Shown here piece by piece: positions 16,912 to 25,474 of a stretch of DNA of 25,712 nucleotides. The DNA comes from a virus (Duplodnaviria > Caudoviricetes), in the IMG/VR virus record IMGVR_UViG_3300020042_009788, positions 1 to 25,712 of that record. One strand, 5' to 3'. The notes beneath the pieces are model-generated. The model did no database searches. It was given only the letters and a program-made list of their open reading frames with translations, and was not told where the DNA came from. Positions within the stretch are counted from its first letter, which is position 1, and each line of letters begins with the position of its first letter. A program made the position numbers and the translations under genes.

Positions 16912-17351
16912 TTTGAGTATCCAGCCGAGTTTGCACCATGTTCACGGACTTCAACATAATCTAAACTAATCCTTGGAGATAAAGATTCTCTTTCAAGAAA
17001 TTCTTCAACTAAGTCCCAAACAGTTTTTGCAAATGCTTCACATCCAACATTTTCTAGAACAACTAAATCAAGATAGCCTGCTTTTGAACCTTGAAGAAAC
17101 CAATCCAATGCTGGGTCGTCTTCTGAAATAACAGTTTTGTGGTCAAACAAATCTTCTAATTGTTGCTTAATTGGTTTCAGGCCACCAAAGTCCATAACCC
17201 AATTACGATAATCTAATTCTTCTGCCTTAAACCTTAAATAAACACTTAAAGAATAACCATGTAAAAATCTACAATGTGAAGGGGCTTTGTATTGCCTGAA
17301 ACAAGCAGACAAACCTATTTCATGACCATATGTTTTACTTGAAAAATACAT
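16908..17351 (-). CDS. queD: 6-carboxy-5,6,7,8-tetrahydropterin synthase
   Basis: C..LHGY, WVMDFGGLK, FDH, GCE..A, VEVRE...NSA. Confidence 0.9.
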   Translation of the reverse strand: MYFSSKTYGHEIGLSACFRQYKAPSHCRFLHGYSLSVYLRFKAEELDYRNWVMDFGGLKPIKQQLEDLFDHKTVISEDDPALDWFLQGSKAGYLDLVVLENVGCEAFAKTVWDLVEEFLERESLSPRISLDYVEVREHGANSAGYSK

Positions 17352-17702
17352 TTAGAACTGTTCCCATCTTATTGTTGCTCCAACTTCATTATCTTCCCAA
17401 ACAGTACAAATCATATTACGTTCGGGGTACCTTTGATTAACATATTCCAAAACTTCGTTAGCCATATCTTCACAACTCTTTCGACCAAAATCTTCTCCAC
17501 TTGTATGAAGACCTCTAGCATAATTTAACAAGTCATGAAACTCAACTTCTCTATCGTTGTGTTTAACTTCAACCGATAGTTCAACATAGAACAAATGTCT
17601 GTGACTATCGGCTAAATAATTTCTTTCTATATGAGCCTCAGGCCATTTATGCCAACCCTCGTAAGTCCAACGAACTGTTATGGAACGGGTAATGTTTCTC
17701 AT
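17352..17702 (-). CDS. QueD-paralogous T-fold protein, DpdL-like (candidate CDG decarboxylase)
   Basis: LADSHRHLF fits the LxxxHRHxF motif I recall for DpdL; also DREVEF, SCEDMA, VWEDNE; located inside the que/dpd cluster. Confidence 0.65.
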   Translation of the reverse strand: MRNITRSITVRWTYEGWHKWPEAHIERNYLADSHRHLFYVELSVEVKHNDREVEFHDLLNYARGLHTSGEDFGRKSCEDMANEVLEYVNQRYPERNMICTVWEDNEVGATIRWEQF

Positions 17703-17703
17703 T

Positions 17704-18417
17704 TTAGTTACTCAACTTTCTTTTCTTTTTTTCGTCTCGTTCATTTTGTAATTCACCAAAAGTTCTTCCAGCCATTTTTTTGTTATAGTGTTTAATGTTG
17801 TTTGCAGGAATACCAATTTTGTTACTTGGTAAAGTTATTGCTAACAAATCACTTGCATCTTGATTGGAATAACCAGCGTCAAGAATGGCTGCATCATCAG
17901 GAAACACTTCAGCGTGACGGTCCAACTCTAAGTTAATTAAATGGTCTTGTTTGCCACCTAAAGAATAAAGGTATCTAAAGTTTTCAGGACAATTAGGTTC
18001 AACAAAAGTTTTGAACATTTCTACTTCTTTTGTGTAACAATAAAAAGTAACTTGAGGAACTGCTCTAGCAATATCCAACCAAAGTTCTAAATACTCTTTA
18101 GAATAAAAATCTCCTGCGTCATGAATACGAACATACTTACCGACCATTTTCTTTTGAGAACACTCTGCAATCATTTGTTCCTTAAACTGCTTTGGTTGAT
18201 TAAGTGTGTACTCTAAGTTAGCAACATGTCTTCTTTTAACATTACTAAAGTTGTATGTTCCGCTTCTTGCATAACAAAAGGAAGCACAAGCGTCAGCGTT
18301 AGGACAAACGTTCATGTGACTTCCATCAGTTAATTCAACAACGAAAGCAGGCAAAGACCAATTAAAAATACCGTCAGGTCTAAGTTCACTGTTTTGTGTT
18401 AAAAGTTTTGGAATCAT
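17704..18417 (-). CDS. GP88-like protein (putative Fe-S / radical-SAM-like)
   Basis: WSLPA, CP....C...CYA, VRIHDAGDFYS..Y...W..IA, FYCYTK. Confidence 0.7.
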   Translation of the reverse strand: MIPKLLTQNSELRPDGIFNWSLPAFVVELTDGSHMNVCPNADACASFCYARSGTYNFSNVKRRHVANLEYTLNQPKQFKEQMIAECSQKKMVGKYVRIHDAGDFYSKEYLELWLDIARAVPQVTFYCYTKEVEMFKTFVEPNCPENFRYLYSLGGKQDHLINLELDRHAEVFPDDAAILDAGYSNQDASDLLAITLPSNKIGIPANNIKHYNKKMAGRTFGELQNERDEKKKRKLSN

Positions 18418-18419
18418 TA

Positions 18420-19343
18420 TTAAAAACCATCTTTCAATGGTGGATACATACTCAAACCTAACTCTTCCTCTAAACGTTTAGAATAATGTCGCCAGCCTAA
18501 TTGAGCGTGACTTAAACTTAAAGCCGACATGGTAAGAATTTTTGTGTCATCATTAACGCCAACTTCTAAAGTTGGGTCCGAAGCATAAACACTTCTTTGG
18601 TCCATTGGCATGTGGTCTAAATCTGGGTCCAACATTGACTGATGTGGAAAAGAACCCCAACGAACAGGACTTAACCAAGTTGAAGCATCAGCACTATCGG
18701 CACCTAAAGCATGAAACCATTCATTAGCGTTCATACCAAGTAAATGAACCCAAAGGTCAGGATACTTTCTGTGCTTCTCACTTAACGCATGTAACAATCT
18801 TAAACGTGTTGGGTTGTTTGCTTGAACAATGTTTCCCATACAGATACGGTCATAGTTATCTGCTAACTCATAAAAGTATTCCATACCATCATTAAGAGGA
18901 TGCCAAATAGGAATTGGATTGAAACCTAAATCGTGAAGTTTTTGTCTTGTAATTCTTTTATTTTTTGCTCCGCCTTGGTCAAGTTCCATATAACCCCACG
19001 CTTGACTTCCAAGACGTTTCATAACCTTTATGTACTTATCCCATAACTTATCAAAACCATCTATTTCGTTTGGTGCTAAAGATAATGCTTGGTCCATTGT
19101 TATTCCATGTGACCGCATGTGTTTATTTGTTAACCAAAAAACACCAGAATCTAAAACAACTTTAATTCCTCTATCAATCATTTCTTCAACTTTTATCATA
19201 TCTTTTTCAGAGTTCAAATCATTTATTGCAAACAAAACCCAATCGTGAGGCAAAGTTTCCATGCGTTCAAAAGTACCAGGATTAGATGCTAAGAAAATTA
19301 CATTTCTATCTTTAGGGTTCCACTTGCCATGTGTTTTAATCAT
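18420..19343 (-). CDS. dpdA: DpdA-like DNA 7-deazaguanine transglycosylase (TGT fold)
   Basis: LDSGVF, ELD, PIPIWH, VHLLG and DSADASTW motifs of TGT/DpdA barrels; clustered with queD, queE and folE. Confidence 0.75.
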   Translation of the reverse strand: MIKTHGKWNPKDRNVIFLASNPGTFERMETLPHDWVLFAINDLNSEKDMIKVEEMIDRGIKVVLDSGVFWLTNKHMRSHGITMDQALSLAPNEIDGFDKLWDKYIKVMKRLGSQAWGYMELDQGGAKNKRITRQKLHDLGFNPIPIWHPLNDGMEYFYELADNYDRICMGNIVQANNPTRLRLLHALSEKHRKYPDLWVHLLGMNANEWFHALGADSADASTWLSPVRWGSFPHQSMLDPDLDHMPMDQRSVYASDPTLEVGVNDDTKILTMSALSLSHAQLGWRHYSKRLEEELGLSMYPPLKDGF

Positions 19344-20116
19344 AGAACTCTCTTAATTGAATCCTCACCAAAAATTGCAGACCATTTATCTAAAATGTGT
19401 CCCGCTAAATATAAATCTGGTTGAACAAGTACTGCTTTTTTTTCTTTTAACTTAGAACTGATAGCAACATAAGGTCCTGCGTAAGGCATAAACAATCCTT
19501 TAGGTCCTTGTTTTTCTAAATAATGTATGAACATATTCCAGTCACGCATTACATCACAAACAATTAAATAATGTTCGCTTATTTCATAAACTGATTTGTT
19601 TTCAACTTTATGATTAGGCTCACCAATAGTTACATTTGCTAAAGCCAGCAACGCTCCACGTTCTTGTGATTTCATTTCTTCAGGTGACATATTTTCAGGA
19701 GCGTTCAACTGAATACGTGTTAACAATTCATCTAAGTATTCATTTGAATAACCTGTTGCAGAATAAAGTTCTTTATCAGTTTCATTTAATTCGTTTAACA
19801 AATCTGCTAAAGAATTATCATCATACGTACCCAAATCGTGTGTTCTATTATCTGCTAAAGCAAAAGCCTTAGAAGTTTTTTCATCTTCATCAACAAACAC
19901 AACCGCAATTTCAGTCCAACCTAATTGTTTCGCTGCCTCTAGTTGATGATTACCAGCAATAACAGTTCCGTCTTTGCGAGCAACAATTGGTTTACGTTGA
20001 CCAAAAGTTTCATACGATTTCATTACACTTTGAACATCACCTTTTCTAGGGTTTCCTGGAAGTGGGGTTAGTTGTTCAATTGGTGTTGATAAACTTTTTA
20101 ATCCTTCAATAATCAT
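19340..20116 (-). CDS. ParB/Srx-like N-terminal domain protein
   Basis: NPR.GD...S...FGQRKPIV, VIAGNH...AAK.LGW, ALADNR. Confidence 0.85.
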   Translation of the reverse strand: MIIEGLKSLSTPIEQLTPLPGNPRKGDVQSVMKSYETFGQRKPIVARKDGTVIAGNHQLEAAKQLGWTEIAVVFVDEDEKTSKAFALADNRTHDLGTYDDNSLADLLNELNETDKELYSATGYSNEYLDELLTRIQLNAPENMSPEEMKSQERGALLALANVTIGEPNHKVENKSVYEISEHYLIVCDVMRDWNMFIHYLEKQGPKGLFMPYAGPYVAISSKLKEKKAVLVQPDLYLAGHILDKWSAIFGEDSIKRVL

Positions 20117-21328
20117 TTAATAACTCATCTCCCTTGCTGTCCAACTTTCGTTTGGCAGTTTCAATCTGCTTGCTATCTTGCCACAAGCCTTATGTGGGTC
20201 ACTAGGTAAGGCGCTTTGCCATACTTGGAAAGTCGCTCGGTCTATCTTGAACGACCAATCACATAACTGAAACTTAACCTGTTTAGGTAAAGGAGTTCCT
20301 TCTCCCCCGCCAATAATTGAATCTATATCATCACCATCAAAACCTGTCCCATCAAAACTATCAATTGATAATAAAAGTTGTTTTAACTTTTCGTCGTCAT
20401 AAGCGGCAAGGTCGGCTGTTCGATTATCGGCAACCAAAATTCTTAACGCCGCTTGGTCGTCAACATCAACCCAAGTAACAGCAATATGTTTCCAATCCAA
20501 ATCCCTTGCCGCAAACCAAGTATGATTGCCAACTAAAATAATGTTATCTTTTTTGTTAACAACGATTGGACGGTATTGACCAAACGCTTTTAGACTTTCA
20601 CATATCGCACCAATATCTCCTTGCCTTGGATTCAATGGATGAGGTTTAACAGAACTAATGTCCACAATGTCTGTTTTTGTAACATTAACTTGTTCAGGTG
20701 ATTGTTCCTCTGACTCAAAAATTCTTTCTGGGATAGCCAATATAGTTTTCAAATAACTTATAGTTTTACTTTTAACACCAGCACCTTCATAAATAATTTG
20801 TTGCCATGTTTCAACAAAGTCTGGGTCAATATCAATTTTGTAGTGAGCGATAACAATAGAATTAGAACCAGTTTTCTTTTCTTTTTCTTCTTCTGTACTG
20901 ACTCTTTCTGTTTCTGTATTGTCTTTTGGTTCTTTGAATAATCCATCTAAGTTATCTAAATCACCAACATTGAAACCTGTACCCTCTAAACTATCAAAAC
21001 TTTCTAAAATATCTAACAAAGCCTCATCATCATAAAAACTTAAATCACTTGTACGATTATCTGCTAACACAATTCTTTTTGCTGTTTGAGAATCAACTTC
21101 AATAAAAGTGACTGCGATATTAGACCAACCTAAAATCTTTGCTGCCTGCCAAGTATGATTGCCAGCCAGAATCTCTCTCGTTTTAATATCAACAACAATT
21201 GGTCTGTATTGTCCGTTCACTTTCAACGACTCTGCAATTGCACCCAAATTGCCTTTACGAGCATTTGCTTTGAAAGGTTTAATTGAATCAACGCTAACAA
21301 TTGAAGCATTGATTTGTATGTTCTCCAC
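20117..21328 (-). CDS. Protein with two tandem ParB/Srx-like domains
   Basis: Two copies of N.R.G..GAI.ESLK..GQYRPIVV...IL.GNHTW.AA..L.W..IAVT...RI..ADNRT.DL..YDDE.L...GTGF. Confidence 0.88.
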   Translation of the reverse strand: MENIQINASIVSVDSIKPFKANARKGNLGAIAESLKVNGQYRPIVVDIKTREILAGNHTWQAAKILGWSNIAVTFIEVDSQTAKRIVLADNRTSDLSFYDDEALLDILESFDSLEGTGFNVGDLDNLDGLFKEPKDNTETERVSTEEEKEKKTGSNSIVIAHYKIDIDPDFVETWQQIIYEGAGVKSKTISYLKTILAIPERIFESEEQSPEQVNVTKTDIVDISSVKPHPLNPRQGDIGAICESLKAFGQYRPIVVNKKDNIILVGNHTWFAARDLDWKHIAVTWVDVDDQAALRILVADNRTADLAAYDDEKLKQLLLSIDSFDGTGFDGDDIDSIIGGGEGTPLPKQVKFQLCDWSFKIDRATFQVWQSALPSDPHKACGKIASRLKLPNESWTAREMSY

Positions 21329-21379
21329 ATTGACATCTTAATCATATTTCTTAAGTTTCAATTAACTACGACATAGGAA

Positions 21380-21407
21380 AGTCCCCTACTTTTTCAAGTA
21401 AGGGACT
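21380..21407 (-). terminator. Probable intrinsic terminator hairpin after the GATase gene
   Basis: Minus strand AGTCCCTTACT-6 nt loop-AGTAGGGGACT (11-bp stem with one G-U), followed by a weak U tract. Confidence 0.55.
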
Positions 21408-21421
21408 AAACCTGTTGAAGA

Positions 21422-22231
21422 CTATTCAGCCAATTTTAATTGACCCCAAGCCTCACTTTTTAACATTCCGTATTCGTCGCTATCAAAAGTTGACCAATCA
21501 ATATCAACTTTAGGTTTAACATGGCTTGGTGTAAAGGACTCGTATTGTTGAACACGTCCGTTACGAACAGTCATAAGTTCGTATTCGTTCATGTTAACAA
21601 CCCATTCCAATTCCAAGTTAACATTATCGCAAGCCTTAACCAATAAAGATTCAGTACTTGCAAATATGAAAGAACCTGCAACTGTTTGAGCAACAGCCAA
21701 AGGACTTGAAGTAACTCTCGCAACAGTTAAAGTTCTTGGCTTACGTCTGTCAATCCAAGCAACTGCGGCGCGACCATCAAGTTCCAATAAACTATCGGAA
21801 GCAGGAACTTCATCATATTTATTCAACAAAGCAAATATCGCTTCGCTGTCGACTTGTCCTTTACGAAACATTTTATGTGACTTAAAGATTTCTTTGTCGT
21901 TAGAAATATGTCCGTTGTGAACTCCAACGATATTCTTACAAACAATTGGATGATTGTTGTCCATATTTTTAGGACTTCCTTGAGTTGCATAACGAGTATG
22001 CAAAATACAGTTCTTAGTATTAGAAGCCATATTTTGCAAACGAGTTGCAACAAACAAAGGTGCAGGTTTATTCCAACGGCTGTATTTAACTTTATTCTCT
22101 TTCTTGTCAAACCAAGCCATTCCAGTTGCATCAGTTCCTCTTTCAACAATCTGATGCAACAAAGAACCTGCTAATGCTCTTGCGTCAATATGTTCTTTCT
22201 CGTTTATACAGAACCCTGCTATTCCACACAT
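21422..22231 (-). CDS. Class II (Ntn) glutamine amidotransferase
   Basis: N-terminal MCGIAG, RG.DATG, HTRYATQG, NNHP, HNGHISN, VDSE. Confidence 0.93.
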   Translation of the reverse strand: MCGIAGFCINEKEHIDARALAGSLLHQIVERGTDATGMAWFDKKENKVKYSRWNKPAPLFVATRLQNMASNTKNCILHTRYATQGSPKNMDNNHPIVCKNIVGVHNGHISNDKEIFKSHKMFRKGQVDSEAIFALLNKYDEVPASDSLLELDGRAAVAWIDRRKPRTLTVARVTSSPLAVAQTVAGSFIFASTESLLVKACDNVNLELEWVVNMNEYELMTVRNGRVQQYESFTPSHVKPKVDIDWSTFDSDEYGMLKSEAWGQLKLAE

Positions 22232-22262
22232 AATCTTTTCTCCTTGGTTAGTAGTTAATTAC

Positions 22263-23249
22263 TTACGCTGCAACTGAATTAAATAAGTAACCACTTGCTC
22301 TCATGTTTGCATGAGCACGCTTCAATAAGAATGAGCGAGTAGCAGTTGGTAATCCGTATTGAACAGCCTTATCTAAAACTTGTTCAATTGTTAATTGACC
22401 TAATTCGTCAACGTTTGAAAGAACTGCTGAATCAACTTCCATATTTGATTTAGCCCAATTTGCTAATGCTTGTTGTAATTGAACCCAAGCAGTAACTTTT
22501 TTAGAATTAACAGAACCGTTCATCATTCTTAATTCAACAGTTCCATGTTTCAAGATTGACATAATGTTGAAGTGGTTGTAACGACTCAAATTAAATTCGT
22601 TACGTGTATCTCCAACAAAAAGAGTATCTTGAATATGAGTTAAAGAAGAACGTCTCATTGGACTGCAATAGTTATTTCTACCACCACGACGTGATTTAGA
22701 AACTAACCATTCCAATTGAGTTTGGATACCAAAATAAATGCCAGCAAATTCTGCAACCATTTTATTTGATTCGCGTCTCATATCTAAGTGAACATGAATT
22801 CCACAAGTTACATTAACTCTTGCACCAGCACTCTTAAGAGCGTCGATTGCAAGTTTAAGTTCTTTGGAACCTTTCTTACCAGTACGGATTGGTGAAACTA
22901 ATTCAAGTCCTGAACCACAACCAGTGTTAGTTGAAGATACTGAACCATCAGTAGTAATTTTCCATTCAGTTGCATTTGCATCTCTGCGACCAGCAATCAC
23001 AACTGGAAGTGAAACTGATTGTAAAGCCATTTCAGCCATTTCTCTTGTGATACCAAAAAATTCTATTTCAACTCCGAAAGAACGGTCACCAGTTGTGTTA
23101 ACTGAATTGTTATCTTTAAGAGCAGACATAACTGCGTAACGTGCGGCACTTGGATAAGGACCGTAACCTAAACGTGTTGCAATTTGTCCGTAAGACAAAC
23201 CTTGATTTCTTAAAACTAATGCTTCTTGATGTCTTGAATTTGTAGGCAT
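22263..23249 (-). CDS. Putative amidoligase (COOH-NH2 ligase type 2) with an N-terminal HTH
   Basis: FGVEIEF, DGSV, ELVSP, CGIHVH, RY..FN, TVELR; N-terminal ALVLRNQGLSYGQIATRLGY. Confidence 0.88.
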   Translation of the reverse strand: MPTNSRHQEALVLRNQGLSYGQIATRLGYGPYPSAARYAVMSALKDNNSVNTTGDRSFGVEIEFFGITREMAEMALQSVSLPVVIAGRRDANATEWKITTDGSVSSTNTGCGSGLELVSPIRTGKKGSKELKLAIDALKSAGARVNVTCGIHVHLDMRRESNKMVAEFAGIYFGIQTQLEWLVSKSRRGGRNNYCSPMRRSSLTHIQDTLFVGDTRNEFNLSRYNHFNIMSILKHGTVELRMMNGSVNSKKVTAWVQLQQALANWAKSNMEVDSAVLSNVDELGQLTIEQVLDKAVQYGLPTATRSFLLKRAHANMRASGYLFNSVAA

Positions 23250-23296
23250 TTTCTGTTCTCCTTGGTTAAGTGGGTTCTGGTTAAACCCTCTTAAAA

Positions 23297-23352
23297 TAAT
23301 TATCCAGGATTTTACGAGTACGGGCTACGAGCGTTCACCTGCAAGTTCATGC
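23297..23352 (-). promoter_or_regulatory. Bipartite promoter/operator motif, copy 2
   Basis: Minus strand GCAT-NN-ACTTGCAGGTGAA-N24-TCCTGGATAATTA upstream of the amidoligase SD. Confidence 0.7.
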
Positions 23353-23373
23353 GTCCAAAACGGTGTTTTTGCG

Positions 23374-23811
23374 TTAAACAGCGTGAATTTTGTTTTTAAC
23401 TGTCCATTCCTTGAATTCAACCCAGTCATCACAATTTATTGGTGAAACTAAAAAGACCTTTTCTAAATCACAAAAAAAAGTGACGGCGTTCATTCCAAGA
23501 TTTGTTTCAATTGTTTCCATTTTATATCCTGCGCTAATTTCCATGTCAACCAAATCAGCAAACTTTTGATTATTTTTAACAAAAAACAATTCGCCTCTTG
23601 TTGCTGAGCCTTCTTCTTTAACCAAATATGGAAAGAATAAATGCTGCGATACATACAACTTTGCATTAAAGCCATAAACATTTGTATGGCGTTCAATGAT
23701 TAAGTCTTCAACCCAATCATGTAAAGGTTGATAGGTTCTTAAAGTTCCGTAGGCAAAAAGTGGCACCAATTCAAATTCGTTATAATTTTGTAAATGACTT
23801 GACGCCTTCAT
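23374..23811 (-). CDS. Gamma-glutamylcyclotransferase (AIG2-like)
   Basis: LFAYGTLR, FP.L, GELF.V and D.E...GY motifs. Confidence 0.85.
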   Translation of the reverse strand: MKASSHLQNYNEFELVPLFAYGTLRTYQPLHDWVEDLIIERHTNVYGFNAKLYVSQHLFFPYLVKEEGSATRGELFFVKNNQKFADLVDMEISAGYKMETIETNLGMNAVTFFCDLEKVFLVSPINCDDWVEFKEWTVKNKIHAV

Positions 23812-23824
23812 TGACTCTCCTTGT

Positions 23825-25474
23825 TCAACTTTTCTCCTTATCTAATGCTCTCTTAGTTAAACGAATAAGTAAATCTGAAACAACGTTTGCTGTACTCGTC
23901 TTTTCTAAACCTTCCGTTGTAGCGTTCACAACAATACGTTTCTCATCTATAAGTTTTTTAATATCTTCATCTATTGTGTTCTCCAATAGAAGCCACCAAC
24001 CTGTAACAGAATCTTTTTGACCAATACGGTGACATCTATCTATTGCTTGGTCCATATCTGCTGGAGTCCAACCAGACTCAACAAAAAGAACATTTGACGC
24101 TGAAGTCAAAGTTATTCCAACACCACCCGCTTTAATTGTACAAACAATAAGATTAACTAAATCATTGAACTGAAAATTCTCAATAGCGTCTGCTCTTTGT
24201 TGTTCAGTTGACTCTCCTGTTATGTGAACACAATTAAACTCTTCAATTATTTCTTTAGCAATATCTTTATGCCAAGTGAAAACAACAAGTTTCTGACCGC
24301 TTTCCAAAAAGTCTGTAATCCATTGTTTAGTTGAAACCATTTTTGCTTTAGCACTTAACTGTCTTAAAGTATTAAGTGCAATCAGGTGTTGAGCCGATTG
24401 TGCTTTAACTGCTGTTTGCCAAGCAACATCTCTAACGTTTAGTCCTTGCTCTTTGGCATTAGTTGTTGCAATTTCTACTAAGTAAGAAATTAAATCATTC
24501 TCTGCTTTAACATATTCACTTAAATCAGAAGGCTCAACATAAACTGAACTCCAACGTTTAGAAGGCAAATCAACCAACACATCACATTTCTTTCTACGAA
24601 TATACATAGAACGTCTTAACAAACTATTCAATGCTGGAAGTTTTCTTAACTCCACATACTCTTTCCTAAACGCAGAGGCCCCACCAAATTGTTTAAGTTG
24701 CCGTAAAACTCTTAACTGTCCAATAAGTTCTGTTGGATTATTCAAAATGGGTGTACCTGTTAAACAAAGAATTAAACCATCATCTTGAACTTTATCTGAT
24801 AAAGAGAAACAAGACTTAGTTCGTTTTGCTATTGGATTCTTTGCATAATGGCTTTCATCAAAAATAGCAGACTTGATACTATGGAACTTTGGTTCCCAAT
24901 GAATTAAAACATCATAGTTAACAATATAAACATCAGCGTGAACAAGAGTCCCTTTTGTACCTTTTAATACTTTAACTTTCCACTCAGGAACCCATTTGTT
25001 TATTTCTTTCAACCAATTCAACTTAACGCTTGCTGGACAAACAATTACAGCAGGCAAACTATTCAAATGTTTAATAGCAGCAATTGCTTGAACGGTTTTA
25101 CCCAAACCCATTTCATCAGCAATAAAACTTCTTCTAGTTTCAACAACGTATTCAACACCTGCCTTTTGAAAAGGCATAAGAGTTCCAGATAAACCTTCAA
25201 CCTCGAAATTACTTCTAGTCGCTCTACTCTTTTTCAACAATAAAGTTTCTCTTTCAACTTCTTTGAATATCGCTTCACAATTTACACTCACAGGAATATT
25301 TTGTTGATAGGCAAACAAAGCAACCTCGGCAGCAGATTGTTTAGGAGCAACCCAACATTTTTTAATTGGTGACCAATACGCTTTAGGTATTTCTAAGACA
25401 CGTTCAATAACTTCCTCTGAGTAATCAATTTGTAATTCAAACTCAAAGGTGTCAAAGTTAATCCATTTATTCAA
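23825..25474 (-). CDS. SNF2-family (HARP-like) helicase
   Basis: DEMGLGKT, DESH, LTGTP, GVGITLT, QAIDRCHRIGQ. Start moved to TTG 25474 (GGAG upstream; avoids a long overlap with the sulfotransferase). Confidence 0.92.
   Translation of the reverse strand: MNKWINFDTFEFELQIDYSEEVIERVLEIPKAYWSPIKKCWVAPKQSAAEVALFAYQQNIPVSVNCEAIFKEVERETLLLKKSRATRSNFEVEGLSGTLMPFQKAGVEYVVETRRSFIADEMGLGKTVQAIAAIKHLNSLPAVIVCPASVKLNWLKEINKWVPEWKVKVLKGTKGTLVHADVYIVNYDVLIHWEPKFHSIKSAIFDESHYAKNPIAKRTKSCFSLSDKVQDDGLILCLTGTPILNNPTELIGQLRVLRQLKQFGGASAFRKEYVELRKLPALNSLLRRSMYIRRKKCDVLVDLPSKRWSSVYVEPSDLSEYVKAENDLISYLVEIATTNAKEQGLNVRDVAWQTAVKAQSAQHLIALNTLRQLSAKAKMVSTKQWITDFLESGQKLVVFTWHKDIAKEIIEEFNCVHITGESTEQQRADAIENFQFNDLVNLIVCTIKAGGVGITLTSASNVLFVESGWTPADMDQAIDRCHRIGQKDSVTGWWLLLENTIDEDIKKLIDEKRIVVNATTEGLEKTSTANVVSDLLIRLTKRALDKEKS

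Noticed and set aside
18420-19343. Canonical tRNA-guanine transglycosylase / queuosine auxiliary pathway
   Set aside because: Lacks the C-terminal CxCxxC zinc site of bacterial Tgt, and queC, queF and queA are absent; DpdA-like fits better
19340-21328. Classical ParABS partition system
   Set aside because: No ParA and no recognisable ParB HTH or dimerisation domain; these resemble modification-associated ParB-like domains
21422-22231. GATase as Gat-QueC (archaeosine, dG+ pathway)
   Set aside because: No fused or neighbouring QueC domain; it pairs with the amidoligase and is separated from the dpd operon by a hairpin
1871-24020. Other plus-strand ORFs and nested alternative-frame minus-strand ORFs in the track
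   Set aside because: They lie within or antisense to better-supported genes and show no motifs or SD; antisense open frames are expected from codon bias
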